DNA from: Eledone cirrhosa
Taxonomy: Eukaryota
Length of the DNA: 64,000 bases
Assembly: GCA_964016885.1 (NCBI GenBank)
Contig: OZ024740.1
Location: 93,186,001-93,250,000 of the forward strand
Direction of reading: 5' to 3'
In this document: positions 41,108 through 56,760 of the stretch, piece by piece
Position numbering within the stretch: the stretch's first letter is position 1
Layout: every line of letters begins with the position of its first letter
Translations under genes and position numbers: made by a program
Notes under the pieces: generated by a model
Told to the model about the DNA's origin: nothing
Databases searched by the model: none
What the model saw: the letters and a program-made list of their open reading frames with translations, nothing else

Positions 41108-43569
41108 GCAATATTTTCATAGAGGCATACAAGAACATCTTTGTTATGTGTACACATTCTCGTATACTTTTCTACATGAATTTAACATTCTGTATATATG
41201 TCTCAATTGTTTATTTTGCAGCAAATTGTATTTGATCTTACCCAATTTTTTGGTAAATGAATTATGATCATGAAGCAGAAAGAAGAGATTCAGGCGTTTA
41301 TGTATAAATGAAATAATACTTATAGATTTACACGTATTATTCTTTATCTTCGACAAAGTCGAAATAATTTACATGTGATATACGTTGTCTGAGTTATGCA
41401 TAAATAATGTTGAAATCATAACAAGTTAGTAAAACAAGTCGAAGTAATTTACATGTGATATGTGTTGTCTAAGATATGCAAAAATAATGTTGAAATCATA
41501 ACAAACTAGTAAAATATATCTAACACGATTGCAAACATGAATAACACTTTCATTTAACAAGTGTAACGATAGATGTTTACGTTACGTTATTATTGTCAAT
41601 ATACAAGGAAGAACATGTGTAGATAAATATATTCAAAGAAAGTCGAGACACATTTATAAACAAATAAACACCTTCAAAATGGTTAAATTATGTTTTACTA
41701 TTCCGTGTTGATTGTTTTAGTTCTTCTGGGATCTTAATCTTTTAATTTTTTTCAAACTTCACGAATAACCATGCAAGAAAATCATTCGCATATCAGTAAA
41801 TCACATTAGGCATCTGATATTATTAGCCATTACCGTGGTAAACAGTCAAGACAAATCTAAACATTTCAAAATTATCAATCCAGATTCTGGTTGCATATCT
41901 CTTGCTATTTGGTTGAATATTTGGCTAGCATAAGGTAAAATCACGTATATCAAATGTGAGGCGCAAATACTTTTGATACAGTGTTATCAATATCCTCCCA
42001 AATTAATCACTAACATTTACATCATACCTAAGGCATCAAAATATGCATAGATACAAATACATTTATTTCGCTGCGTGAAATCTTTGAAATAGTACTATAT
42101 ATGTTGCTCGTTTCGGTTTTACCACCTGGCATTATTATGATTTTTAATTACTTCATTTATTTGTATTAATTACAGTGCTTTGTGTGTTTTGTAAAGTCGT
42201 TTCTCTAATTCTCTAGTGTCATCTTCAAAAGTGCGTTAGATGTTGATTAAATAAATTAGGAAACTGCTGACAAAGCTGTTTATGGATATTTATCTCACTT
42301 TGGAATATTACAGAACTACAAAATGTTTGATATCTAATTTTTATTCACAAGGCATTATAGAAAATCATGTCAACCTCTAGTTATTAATGCCTCCCTAACA
42401 CCCATGTTCTGTAGCTTTCTGAAAATAGAGAACACATGAAGCGACCTTTGAATGTGGGCTATACATAAATTTCTAACTAGATCATATGTTTTCACTATCA
42501 TAGTTGATAACGAAGTTATCTAAATATAATTATAAGTTAATAAATATACAATGTATTATTAAATTTCAAAAGTCAACAATCTCGGATATTTCCTCAAAAT
42601 GAATCGTATGATAGAAATATTTAGACAATATAAACAGTGACGATCCACGAGGAATAGTTTTTTTAGTATCAAAAGGTAACACAAACACGTGTTATATTCA
42701 ACTCACTTTAAAATATTATCTATGGTATTTGCTGCGATAAAAGGACACAGGCATTTCAGATATCCTCGACGTTGCCGGCAATTGTTATGTGAGGCTGAAA
42801 CAAATTTGAGACAATAATTCGTACGATGATTTGTTTGCAAATGACTTCAATATCTAGAACGTGTCATGTAGTTGAAATGTATCCTGTATTATTTAAACAC
42901 AGCCTCTTCATATAATCGTTCTTAGGGACATATAATTCGTTTTAGATCAGCTGGTGTTGTGGTTTCTAAGAATACAGTCCTTATAGATAATGGGGAATTA
43001 CTATAATGAGAGCGTATCGATGTCAACAATTCATAAATAAATGTAAGGGTAAGTTATACACATTAACTTTACGCGAGAGGAAGCCAACATGTTCAAATCT
43101 GAATATGTTTTCATGTCGCTATATGATGTAAGTGAAATATGAATTGCTCTGAACATTTTTTAACTTAAACATTCCTGATGAGTGCGTTATATATCGTCTG
43201 CCTTTACAAACGAAAAAAAATCCTCACATGAGAACCACCATCACATTGGGTATATGGAAGAGGTGTTTCGAAATAGATCAGGCATTAGTGGTGCACACAT
43301 CAATCTGGATTGACCACCGTTACTTAGATGTTGTCCTTCAGGCACCTGGTTTCGGCATGTCTACGAGACTGGATCCCCACGTTATTTTGTGGCATATATT
43401 CGGTGGCGAAACTAATCGGCCGCTTATCGGAACATGTTCTTATCTAAAAGGCTCTTCATGAATGTTTCTGTAGCATTGTTCTGTGTATAGATAACACATA
43501 TATATTTCTGCTCTCTTTATGATTGTACCTACATACATATACACGCCCACACATATTCAAACATCCCCG

Positions 43570-43612
<43 letters not shown>

Positions 43613-44769
43613 TATATATATATAAATATACATATATATAAATATATATATATATAAATATATATATAGTAATAATAATAAATGTGAAGACTAAAATCGA
43701 AAGAGGTCTCGATAAAGATAAATATATATCAAATATATAAGAACCGTAGTGCAAATATTTATGAAATTTTAATCTGTTATTTTAATAAATATATTTATAT
43801 ATATATATACATATATATATATAGTTATGTAATAAACAACATGAGATAACTATTTCATTTACCAAAGGTTTCAGGAAGACAGACGAACTTGACACATACA
43901 TCTGCCTTCAATAATCAGAAGGAATGTTATTTTTAATGGAAGTAAGATTTGGATTTCAAAATAGAGTCTAGGATGAATGAAAGCGAGGCTGGAATAAAAT
44001 AATGGACATATTGCATAGGGAAAAAATAAAAAAAATGTATATCTAAATATACAAACACATATACAAGCACAACCTCATGCATATACATTCACACATAAGC
44101 ATATGTGCGCCTACATGCAAATACAAACACACACACATATACATTCGTTCCTACACTGACACATGCCCACACACGGACATACACGTACACAAAATTACGC
44201 ACAAATATACATACACTCTCATCTACATACATACGCATCTATATATATCTTCTTCTTCTTCTTCTTCTTCTTCTTTTTCTTCTTCTTCTTCTTCTTCTTC
44301 TTCTTCTTCTTCTTCTTCTTCTTCTTTGTCTTCTTCTTCTTCTTCTTCTTCTTCTTCTTCTTCTGACATTCCTCCACGAAACTCGCTAGCCACTTATGGT
44401 CCCTCAAGGACTCATGTATAGACTACTCTATTCAATGGAAATCCATCACTAAGTCCATGCCATACGCAAGCGGCAATCCGTCATGTGGACTATGTATTGA
44501 TGAACAAATAAATATTCTAAAATGATTACGCAATAGTGATTGCCTAAACACGTAAAATTAATTCTTCACACTGTGTCCACACGTCTGGAAACACCTCTTA
44601 CTTAATTACAAAGCTCCGGATTGAATTACAACAACATCCTAATTTTCTTATCAACTAGAAACTTTCGGACTTTCGCCTCTCGCACGCAATTTAGTATTGC
44701 CCGTTTGAAGTGATCCTTTTTGCGCATGCGCGTTCGTACGGTTCTCCTTCCTGTTCCGTATAACCATGT

Positions 44770-44819
44770 CCATTACGAACTGACGATCCGCTAAGGTGAA
44801 ACACTCGTTCTCGTTATGG
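44770..44819 (+). ncRNA. Hammerhead, duplicated copy of 40810-40859
   Basis: Same motif, offset 3960 bp. Confidence 0.75.
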
Positions 44820-44936
44820 TGAACTATCTGTTGCGTAAACAATTCTACATAACTCGTCCCATGGACTGAGTGCTCTACCATTACAATATTACCTTCCAGT
44901 GTTCTACCACTACACTATATATACGTATATATATAC

Positions 44937-45101
<165 letters not shown>

Positions 45102-47561
45102 ATATTTTCATAGAGGCATACAAGGACATGCTGGTTATGTGTAAACATTCTCGCATACTTTTCTACATGAATTTAACATTCCGTAAATATGTCTCCATTG
45201 TTTATTTTGCAGCGAATTGTATTTGATCTTACCCATTTTGTTTGGTAAATGAATTATGATCATGAAGCAGAAAGAATAGACTCAGGCGTTTATGTATAAA
45301 TGAAATAATACTTATAGATTTACACGTATTATTCTTTATCTTCGACAAAGTCGAAATAATTTACATGTGATTACGTAGTCTGAGATATGCAAAAATAATG
45401 TTGAAATCATAACAAGCTAGTAAAACACGTCGAAGTAATTTACATGTGATATATGTTGTCTAAGATATGCAAAAATAATGTTGAGATCATAACAAACTAG
45501 TAAAATATATCTAACACGATTGCAAACATGAATAACACTTTCATTTAACAAGTGTAACGATAGATGTTTACGTTACGTTATTATTGTCAATATACAAGGA
45601 AGAACATGTGTAGATAAATATATTCAAAGAAAGTCGAGACACATTTATAAACAAATAAACACCTTCAAAATGGTTAATTTATGATTTACTATTCCGTGTT
45701 GATTGTTTTAGATCTTCTGGCATGTTAATGTTTTAATTTTTTTCCAACTTCACGAATAACCATGCAAGAAAAACATTCGCATATCAGTAAATCACATTAG
45801 GCATCTGATATTATTAGTCATTACCGTGGTAAACAGTCGAAACAAATCTAAACATTTCAAAATTATCAATCTAGATTCTGGTTGCATATCTCTTCCTATT
45901 TGATTGAATCTTTGGCTAGCATAATGTAAAATCACGTATATCAAATATGAGGCGCAAATACTTGTAACATTATTTTGATACAGTGTTGTCAATCTCCTCC
46001 CAAATTAATCACTAAAATTTACATTATACCTAAGGCTTCAAAATATGCATAGATACTAATACATTTACTTCGCTTCGTGAAATCTTTGAAATAGTACTAT
46101 ATATGTTGCTCGTTTCGGTTTTACCACCTGGCATTGTTATGATTTTTAATTACTTCATTTATTTGTATTAATTACAGTGCGTTGTGTGTTTTGTAAAGTC
46201 GTTTCTCTAATTATCTAGTGTTATCTTCAAAAGTGCGTTAGATGTTGATTAATTAAATTAGGAAACTGCTGACAAAGCTGTTTATGGATATTTATCTCAC
46301 TTTGGAATATTACAGAACTACAAAATGTTTGATATCTAATTTTTATTCACAAGGCATTATAGAAAATCATGTCAACCTGTAGTTATTAATGCCTCCCTAT
46401 GACCCATGATCTGTAGCTTTCTGAAAATAGAGAACACATGAAGCGACCTTTGAATGTGGGCTATACATAGATGTCTAAGTAGATCATATGTTTTCACTAT
46501 CATAGTTGATAACGAAGTTATCTAAATATAATTACAAATTAATAATATATAATGTATGATTAAATTTCAAAAGTCAACAATCTCGGATATTTCCTCAAAA
46601 AGATCGTCTGATAGAAATATTTAGACAATATAAACAGTGACGATCCACGAGGAATAGTTTTTTTTAGTATCAAAAGGTAACACAAACACGTGTTATATTC
46701 AACTCACTTTAAAATAATCTCAATGGTATTTGCTGCGATAAAAGGACACAGATATTTCAGATATCCTCGATGTTGCCGGCAATTGTTCTGTGAGGCTGAA
46801 ACAAATTTCACACAATAATTCGTCCGATGATTTGTTTGCAAATGACTTCAATATCTAGAACGTGTCATGTAGTTGAAATGTATCCTGTATTATTTAAACA
46901 CAGCCTCTTCATATAATCGTTCTTAGGGACATATAATTCGTTTCAGATCAACTGGTGTTGTGGTTTCTAAGAATACAGTCCTTATAGATAATGGGGAATT
47001 ACTATAATGAGAGCGTAAGGATGTCAACAATTCATTAATAAATGTAAGGGTAAGTTATACACATTAACTTTACGTGGGGGGAAGCCAACATGTTCAAATC
47101 TGAATATGTTTTCATGTCGCTATATGATGTAAGTGAAATATGAATTGCTCTGAACATTTTTTAACTTAAACATTCCTGATGAATGCGTTATATATCGTCT
47201 GCCTTTACAAATCCTCACATGAGAACCACCATCACATTGGGTATATGGAAGAGGTGTTTCGAAATAGATCAGGCATTAGTGGTGCACACATCAATCTGGA
47301 TTGACCACCGTTACTTAGATGATGTCCTTAAGGCACCTGGTTTCGGCATGTCTACGAAACTGGATCCCCACGTTATATTGTGGAATATGTTCGGTGGGTA
47401 AACTAATCGGCCGCTTATCGGAACATGTCCTTATCCAAAAGGCTCATCATGAATGTTTCTGGAGCATTGCTCTGTGTATAGACAAACAAATATATTTCTG
47501 CTCTCTTCCTGATTGTACTTACATACATATACACGCCCAGACATATTCAAACATCCCCGAC

Positions 47562-47631
<70 letters not shown>

Positions 47632-47739
47632 ATAATAATAAATTTGAAGACTAACATCCAAAGAGGGCTAGATAAAGATAAATATATATCAAATATATAA
47701 GAACCGTAGTTCAAATATTTATGAAAATTTAATCTGTTA

Positions 47740-47793
<54 letters not shown>

Positions 47794-48996
47794 TGTAATA
47801 TACAGCATGAGATAATTATTTCATTTACCAAAGGTTTCAGGAAGACAGACGAGCTTAACACATACATCTGCCTTCAATAATCAGAAGGAATGTTATTAAC
47901 ATGGAAGTGAGATTTGGATTTCAAAATAGAGTCTAGGATGCATGAAAGCGAGGCTGGAATAAAATAATGGACATAATGTATAGGGAAAAAAAAATGTATA
48001 TGTAAATATACAAACACATATACAAGCACAACCTCATGCATATACATTCACACATAAGCATATGTGCGCCTACATGCAAATACAAACACACACATACACA
48101 TGCGTTCCTACGCTGACACATGCCCACACACGGACATACACGTACACACATTTACGCACAAATATACGTACATTCTCATCTACATACATACGCATATATA
48201 TCTTCTTCTTCTTCTTCTTCTTCTTCTTCTTCTTCTTCTTCTTCTTCTTCTTCTTCGTCTTCTCCTCCCTTTCATATGCCCCTTCCTCCTCCTCCCCCTC
48301 CTCATCCTCCTCATCTCCCTCCTCTGCTTGTCTGATGTCGGCGCTACACAATCTATCAAGTAACTTTACTCCCTAACCCTTCCGAGGAAACCATTTTCGG
48401 CGACATTTGGTCGCGATTGTGTTCTTTCAGCCATTGCACAAGATCACTGCCAGATATAAAGCTTTCACACCTACCTCCCTTCCGATTACTAATGCTGAAG
48501 CTGGCACATCAGTGCAGCAGCTCCTGATATTGTTGCACTTAATCCAGCCTCCTGTTCCCTACACACGTGAACATGGCCACGAGTTACCTGACATTAACTC
48601 TCTGATTCAGTGGAACACCATTACATCGAAGCTATTGATTGCAAGTCAGAGATCACCTCCAGTCGAGTTAAATAACACCATGTCGTCTGTAAATTCCCAC
48701 CAACTGCTTTTACAGGAGGTGAAAGTACGTACCATTTAGAAAGTCCACACCACCAACATTGAATTGTTTCGATTAAGCACCATTTATCTGAACCCAAATA
48801 TTTGAGCATTCGTAGAGAAATTAGAGCAGCAAGAATCTAACCAATGATGCTAGTAAAACTAGGATACCCCTGCGTTAAGACAATGAAGGCCCACATCACC
48901 AAAAGCCCAAAGAGCAACACCCCACCAGGGTGCTCTTGCCATAGGCCCGAAGCTTGTCCCCTTCTTGTCCCCTTCTTCTTTCTGTTATTATTATTC

Positions 48997-49185
48997 GGGG
49001 CGTCGGATTCACAGTATCGGTATAACGCCAGACAGCATGATTTGCAAAATAGTGTTATGGCACTTTACAATATGAGTTCAAAATCCCGCCTAGGTTACCT
49101 TTGCCTTTCATCCTTAAGGTGTCGATAAAATAAAGCACCAGCAATGTACTGGGCTAATTGCTGGCCTTCTGCCAGTAGTAGAAAC
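48997..49185 (+). mobile_element. tRNA-derived SINE, diverged
   Basis: GAGTTCAAAATCCCGCC..GCCTTTCATCCTTAAGGTGTCGATAAAA; homologous to 7978-8160. Confidence 0.78.
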
Positions 49186-51883
49186 AATTATTATTGTTAT
49201 TCCTCTTTTCACACACAATTGCCCTGCGAGGGTCCTCAATCACGCTTTACAGCTTGATGGTTCAGAAGCAACCCTCACGAATCGATCCGCCTGCTGGATA
49301 CACAACAAAATTCATCCGAGCTCATGGATGATATCCAATCATCTTGCATGGGATCTGCCCCTGATGTTTGCTTTTCAGTGCAAGCAACTCTTTGAGCTTT
49401 AATTAAAGTTACTCCTAAGACTCTTCAGGTGAACTCGTTTTCGGTTACCTGTATATGCGATTGTTTTATTACGGCCATTGACCAAGACAGATTTCCATAG
49501 TTAAGCGTTAGTACGTTTACTGAATTAAATATATCGTGTTTGCTTTTACATTAACCGCCTTTCTTCTTATTACCGAATAATGAAGCTGACGCATTACTGT
49601 ACGATTTCCTGAATTCAGCCTCATGCCTTCCATCATTTGTGAACTGTACTCCATTATACTGCTTCAGTTGAATCCCAATTAGAAGTAGTATGAACTGCAT
49701 AGAATTTATTGAGAGGTCACATGTCTCTGTCTTTGTAGATCAGTTGTTCAATGCGTACAAAACGAGCATTCACCTCTTGGCAATAGTCCTATGATTTTTG
49801 AAAAACCTTCCACCGTCTGAATATTCCGGGCAACTAGGGAATAGGTCGTAGTAAATAATAAGGAAAATCTCGCCACCCAGTGATGTAACTACGATGAATT
49901 GAGTGAGACCAACTAAAATATATCGTAGTCTTTTCATAACTGAGAAAAAAACCAGATTGTAAAGTGGCGTGAATATGACAATGAAAACTCTTCAATGTGG
50001 CTATATGTAATAAATATAATAGTCCACTAGTATATTATTTGCGGCAATGTGGCAACTGGAAAATTACAAACTTAGACAAATAAAATTGAAAAAAAACTTT
50101 TACAATAGATCAAATCTTTCACCTATTGAGTACTACATTCTGCCTTTAAATAGCATTCTAAATATGTTATCATATGTTTTTCAAATAATATTGAAAGTGA
50201 CTTGATCTGGTTACTTTCGGAGACGAAAAGAATACAAATGTTTTTTTTTCAATGCTTTCCTAGATGGTTCTATATATACTCCAAATAAGGCCTGTCATTG
50301 CTCAAGCAAATTATGGTTCAGTCGGTGCATAACGTTCTGGAAATATAATGTCTATTCTTCATATTATCATATGTAAAGAATAATAATTTCCCAAATGCAT
50401 AGCATGAAGATATGAAGTAATTTTAATGATTACTATCAAATTTAAGAAGCCCAGATTACACAACAACATCTGCTAAGCTATGTCGTCGCTCTAACTTTAC
50501 CAACAATATATTTGTGAAATTGGTAAAGTATATGAGTTGTACATTGTTGCCCAGATATAATGTATTATATATGTGTATTATATATATGAAAACATAAACA
50601 AATTTTTAAATTTTAGAATTATTTCTATGAAAATATACTTACTTTGACAAAAATAAAGTGTATTTCACTGTGATTTGGAAATCAATGAATTCATTTCGAA
50701 ATTCAAAAACAACAATATTATATAACAATATTATTGATTCGAACATTGATTATAACAATATTATTGATTCTGTATAAATATACCTGGCGAATGATTCTGC
50801 AAATCTTTTAAATATTTAATTTATGGTGTAATGGAATCCATATATACACATTACGTAAAAAAGATGAAAACAATGGAATTTGATAAAATGTAAGTTGTAT
50901 ACTACATGACATACAATTGCACGATATTTTTTTTAGTGAAAATTGTCTGATGAATAATTTATTTTGATTTTAAGTCAATTATATAAAACAAATTCCATAG
51001 TTGACAAATATGCGTTCAATTTATAAGTATGTATAAACATGCACACACACATATATATATATATATTTCGAAAAAAGCAGCGAATCTTTGCTTAAACTTT
51101 AATCTGTTATTTTAATAAATATTTGCTCTAGGTTTCTTATATTTACACTATATATAATTATAAACAGGTAAGGTCAGTAATTCCTTACCACCTTATTACC
51201 AGTAAGAAGAATAGCTCAAGGTAAATGCATCAGATGATCTACAGAGCCGGAATATAAATTACAGAATAATCAAAATTATGTTGAAAACATTTTATTGCTG
51301 ACAATCGTTTCTTCCAAACTTTCGTTTGATGTCTTCGAAGCACTAGCAACGTTTAAACATATAATTAAGCTCCTATTCCACAGAACAATCGTGGAGATAT
51401 ATAGATGTTAGAGTTGTTATTAACAGTGTCATATTTAAAGAGTGAAGATGATGTGGTCAGTATCATTGGATGCGACAAAGATTATAAAAGAATAATACAA
51501 CAATTATAGAGGAATTAAAGAAGAAAGTTACTCGCAAAACGAGGACATTAACAGTACATATGCACGCGTATAGAGAGAGAGCAGATGTGTTAGACATGTA
51601 CAGAATAACCAAGTAAGAAACAAGAAATGGTACTAAGGATATATATCAAAGTATGGCAAAGGTATCACATAATACAATACAGGCATAAAAGCATATTGAG
51701 CAGACAGAGAAGCTTGAGTATGAAAAGCAGGTATAGTCTGCATATACTTTGATTTTTATTGTGTACGCGTTGCACAAAGGATTGACTCAGGTTCATCCTT
51801 AGAATTTATGGAACCGAATCCATTATTGATCTTCTCTTACCACTGGTGATGTGACAAAAATAATATATATATATATATATATA

Positions 51884-52554
51884 TTTCGAATTTTGTTTAT
51901 CGTGAACTCGTGCGCCGATTTTTCGATACTCGATTATTCTACTATATTTAGCTCTAGACCTAGCTATTGACCAGTTAATTTTATTGTTCATATTTTGTCG
52001 ATTCTATTAAATGATGAATAGCTCCTGTTTATTTTAACACGTCTATTGAGCACTCTTATTCGATATGTGTATTTCCACACTTCTCCGAAAATTTTTTGCG
52101 GATATAGAGGTTATCTCCCTTGCTGAATTACATGTGCGTTTCGTCAGCCTGGGTAATGCCTTTTCATTCGTTCGGACAGAGCTCGTTGAGGAAGTAAATT
52201 TCCCGTCCGCTGGCCTTTAGAAGTCTTATATATTTTTATGTGAGCTGATTGAGGGCAGTTTAAGGATTTACAGAAACCCAAGAAGCTAGATTTACCATCT
52301 TTCTGGCGGGTCCGGGTATGATTTTTACATTCATTTGATTTATTGATTTATTGATATTTTTTCTGAGTGTCCCGAATCTTCCAGATCGCAATTTTTCGGT
52401 CGTACGGTTGATTATAGACTTGTTCTATGTGTGACGGTATTTTAACGATATTTATAGCTCTGATTTATCTGAATTATTGAGCCCTCGGCCGCTCATTTTC
52501 GAATTTTGTTTAACGTGAACTCGTGCGCCGATTTTTCGATACTCGATTATTCTA

Positions 52555-52556
<2 letters not shown>
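51884..52556 (+). mobile_element. Solo 1.1-unit copy (613 bp period, ~60 bp terminal redundancy) of the 617 bp family, inserted in (TA)n
   Basis: 51884-51941 repeats at 52497-52556; colinear with the reverse complement of the 53071 unit but diverged. Confidence 0.9.
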
Positions 52557-52598
<42 letters not shown>

Positions 52599-52695
52599 AT
52601 ACTTGTGGAGGGAAATATGTGTGTAATGTTGCCAGAATTAACAACAGAACGCACTCACTGTTTGGTTTGTTTAAACACCTCGCCCAACTAATATA

Positions 52696-52778
<83 letters not shown>

Positions 52779-53032
52779 CGTTATTCCAGGTTGAATCGGA
52801 GGTAACCACAGTAAGTAAGGTACACAATACATTGCAGATTATAAAAGTTTTAATATAGATGAGATTCTACAGGACTAGAACTGTATCATTCTTTAGAAAT
52901 CACCAGGAATCTGGGTATCAAAAAATAAACATGGTATTTATATGTCTCTACAAGTGGTAGGAGAGGGTGGGGAGTGGGATGGGTGTAGGTCATTGGGATG
53001 GGTGTAGGCCATTGTGTGTGTATATATATGTA

Positions 53033-53070
<38 letters not shown>

Positions 53071-53077
<7 letters not shown>

Positions 53078-55928
53078 GATCGAGTATCGAAAAATCGGCG
53101 CACGAGTTCACGATAAACGAGATTCGACATGAGCGGCAGAGGGCTCAGTAATTCAGATGAATCAGAGCTATAACTAACGTTAAAATACCGTCACATATAG
53201 ATCAAGTCTACAATCAACCATACGATATAAAATCGATAAAGGAAGATTCGGGACAAACAGATAAAAAATATCAATAAAACAATACGTCAATAATTTAAAT
53301 GAATGTAAAATCATACCCGGACCCACTAGACAGGTGTTAAATCTAGCTTCATGGGTTTCTGTAAATCCTTAGACTGTACTCTATCAGCTCACATATAAAT
53401 ATAAAAGCCTACTAGAGCAAGCGGAACGGAGTTTTACTTTCTCAACGAGCTTTTTTCCTGGCGGTAGAGGAGCCAACTACCAGTGAAAAACGCACATGGC
53501 ATTAGACAAGCGAGATAACCCCTATATCCGCGAAAACAATTCGAGTGAATGTGGAAATACACATATCGAATTAGAGTGCTCAATAGACATGTTAAAATAA
53601 AACAAAAGCTATTCATCACTCAATAGAATCGACAAAAAATGAGCAATAAAATTAACTGGTGGATAGCTATGTCCAGAGCTAAATATATTAGAAAGATCGA
53701 GTATCGAAAAATCGGCGCACGAGTTCACGATAAACGAGATTCGACATGAGCGGCAGAGGGCTCAATAATTCAGATGAATCAGAGCTATAACTATCGTTAA
53801 AATACCGTCACATATAGATCAAGTCTACAATCAACCATACGATATAAAATCGATAAAGGAAGATTCGGGACAAACAGATAAAAAATATCAATAAAACAAT
53901 ACTTCAATAATTTAAATGAATGTAAAATCATACCCGGACCCACTAGACAGGTGTTAAATCTAGCTTCATGGGTTTCTGTAAATCCTTAGACTGTACTCTA
54001 TCAGCTCACATATAAATATAAAAGCCTACTAGAGCAAGCGGAACGGAGTTTTACTTTCTCAACGAGCTTTTTTCCTGGCGGTAGAGGAGCCAACTACCAG
54101 TGAAAAACGCACATGGCATTAGACAAGCGAGATAACCCCTATATCCGCGAAAACAATTCGAGTGAATGTGGAAATACACATATCGAATTAGAGTGCTCAA
54201 TATACATGTTAAAATAAAACAAAAGCTATTCATCACTCAATAGAATCGACAAAAAATGAGCAATAAAATTAACTGGTGGATAGCTATGTCCAGAGCTAAA
54301 TATATTAGAAAGATCGAGTATCGAAAAATCGGCGCACGAGTTCACGATAAACGAGATTCGACATGAGCGGCAGAGGGCTCAATAATTCAGATGAATCAGA
54401 GCTATAACTATCGTTAAAATACCGTCACATATAGATCAAGTCTACAATCAACCATACGATATAAAATCGATAAAGGAAGATTCGGGACAAACATATAAAA
54501 AATATCAATAAAACAATACGTCAATAATTTAAATGAATGTAAAATCATACCCGGACCCACTAGACAGGTGTTAAATCTAGCTTCATGGGTTTCTGTAAAT
54601 CCTTAGACTGTACTCTATCAGCTCACATATAAATATAAAAGCCTACTAGAGCAAGCGGAACGGAGTTTTACTTTCTCAACGAGCTTTTTTCCTGGCGGTA
54701 GAGGAGCCAACTACCAGTGAAAAACGCACATGGCATTAGACAAGGGAGATAACCCCTATATCCGCGAAAACAATTCGAGTGAATGTGGAAATACACATAT
54801 CGAATTAGAGTGCTCAATAGACATGTTAAAATAAAACAAAAGCTATTCATCACTCAATAGAATCGACAAAAAATGAGCAATAAAATTAACTGGTGGATAG
54901 CTATGTCCAGAGCTAAATATATTAGAAAGATCGAGTATCGAAAAATCGGCGCACGAGTTCACGATAAACGAGATTCGACATGAGCGGCAGAGGGCTCAAT
55001 AATTCAGATGAATCAGAGCTATAACTATCGTTAAAATACCGTCACATATAGATCAAGTCTACAATCAACCATACGATATAAAATCGATAAAGGAAGATTC
55101 GGGACAAACAGATAAAAAATATCAATTAAACAATACGTCAATAATTTAAATGAATGTAAAATCATACCCGGACCCACTAGACAGGTGTTAAATCTAGCTT
55201 CATGGGTTTCTGTAAATCCTTAGACTGTACTCTATCAGCTCACATATAAATATAAAAGCCTACTAGAGCAAGCGGAACGGAGTTTTACTTTCTCAACGAG
55301 CTTTTTTCCTGGCGGTAGAGGAGCCAACTACCAGTGAAAAACGCACATGGCATTAGACAAGGGAGATAACCTCTATATCCGCGAAAACAATTCGAGTGAA
55401 TGTGGAAATACACATATCGAATTAGAGTGCTCAATAGACATGTTAAAATAAAACAAAAGCTATTCATCACTCAATAGAATCGACAAAAAATGAGCAATAA
55501 AATTAACTGGTGGATAGCTATGTCCAGAGCTAAATATATTAGAAAGATCGAGTATCGAAAAATCGGCGCACGTGTTCACGATAAACGAGATTCGACATGA
55601 GCGGCAGAGGGCTCAATAATTCAGATGAATCAGAGCTATAACTATCGTTAAAATACCGTCACATATAGATCAAGTCTACAATCAACCATACGATATAAAA
55701 TCGATAAAGGAAGATTCGGGACAAACAGATAAAAAATATCAATAAAACAATACGTCAATAATTTAAATGAATGTAAAATCATACCCGGACCCACTAGACA
55801 GGTGTTAAATCTAAATTCATGGGTTTCTGTAAATCCTTAGACTGTACTCTATCAGCTCACATATAAATATAAAAGCCTACTAGAGCAAGCGGAACGGAGT
55901 TTTACTTTCTCAACGAGCTTTTTTCCTG
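53071..55928 (-). repeat. Tandem array of 617 bp non-coding units, ~4.6 copies, near-identical
   Basis: Exact 617 bp period (53434, 54051, 54668, 55285); starts at (TA)n. Strand is inferred. Confidence 0.97.
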
Positions 55929-56051
55929 CAACAGACACATTCACAAAAAACAAACTCACTCACACACTCGCGCGCAACCATAAACACACATACACATATA
56001 CACACATACAAACACAAACACATATATAAATATATGTATATACACATATAT

Positions 56052-56137
<86 letters not shown>

Positions 56138-56260
56138 ATATATGTGTATATACATATATTTATATATGTGTTTGTGTTTTTATGTGTGTATATGTGTATG
56201 TGTGTATATGGTTGCGCGCGAGTGTGTGAGTGAGTGTGTTTTTTGTGAATGTGACTGTTG
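55929..56260. repeat. Long palindrome centred on (TA)n
   Basis: CAACAGACACATTCACAAAAAA..CTCGCGCGCAACCAT mirrors ATGGTTGCGCGCGAG..TTTTTTGTGAATGTGACTGTTG. Confidence 0.92.
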
Positions 56261-56760
56261 ATTTTTGGCATATAGTTGATTAGTTTAAGAGAAGTTCGAA
56301 GATAATTGTAAGATATGCACTCAGTATTTTGCATCTGTCTACAGAATTCTCTAAACCTTTGTCACTTAGTAGAACCTTAATGAATTTAGCTTTTAAAGAA
56401 TCTCCCTTTCCTTTAATTCTATCTACCATGACTGACCCCCACTGATCTTATAGACATATGTTAGCTTAAGAGAAACTTAATGACAAGGAATGGTATTCCA
56501 TCCGGAACCTGTTTATAGAATTCTGTCTGCCTTTGTTACTCTAAAAACAAAAATTAATAAAAATAAACTATAGCTTTGTAGAATTAGCTTTTAATGAATT
56601 CCCTTTTCTATCAACCAATGCCTACACCCATCCCACTCCCCACCCTCTCCTACCACTTGTAGAGACCTATAATTACCATGTTTATTTTTTGATACCCAGA
56701 TTCCTGAGGATTTCTAAAGAATGAAACAGTTCTAGTCCTGTAGAATCTCATCTATATTAA

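Noticed and set aside
43170-43225. CTGATGA..GAAA hammerhead-like string (also at ~17925 and ~58674)
   Set aside because: No consistent stem I/III pairing or NUH cleavage site.
53434-55470. 61 aa ORF repeated in each 617 bp unit
   Set aside because: Short, no recognisable motif, and no equivalent ORF is listed for the diverged solo copy.
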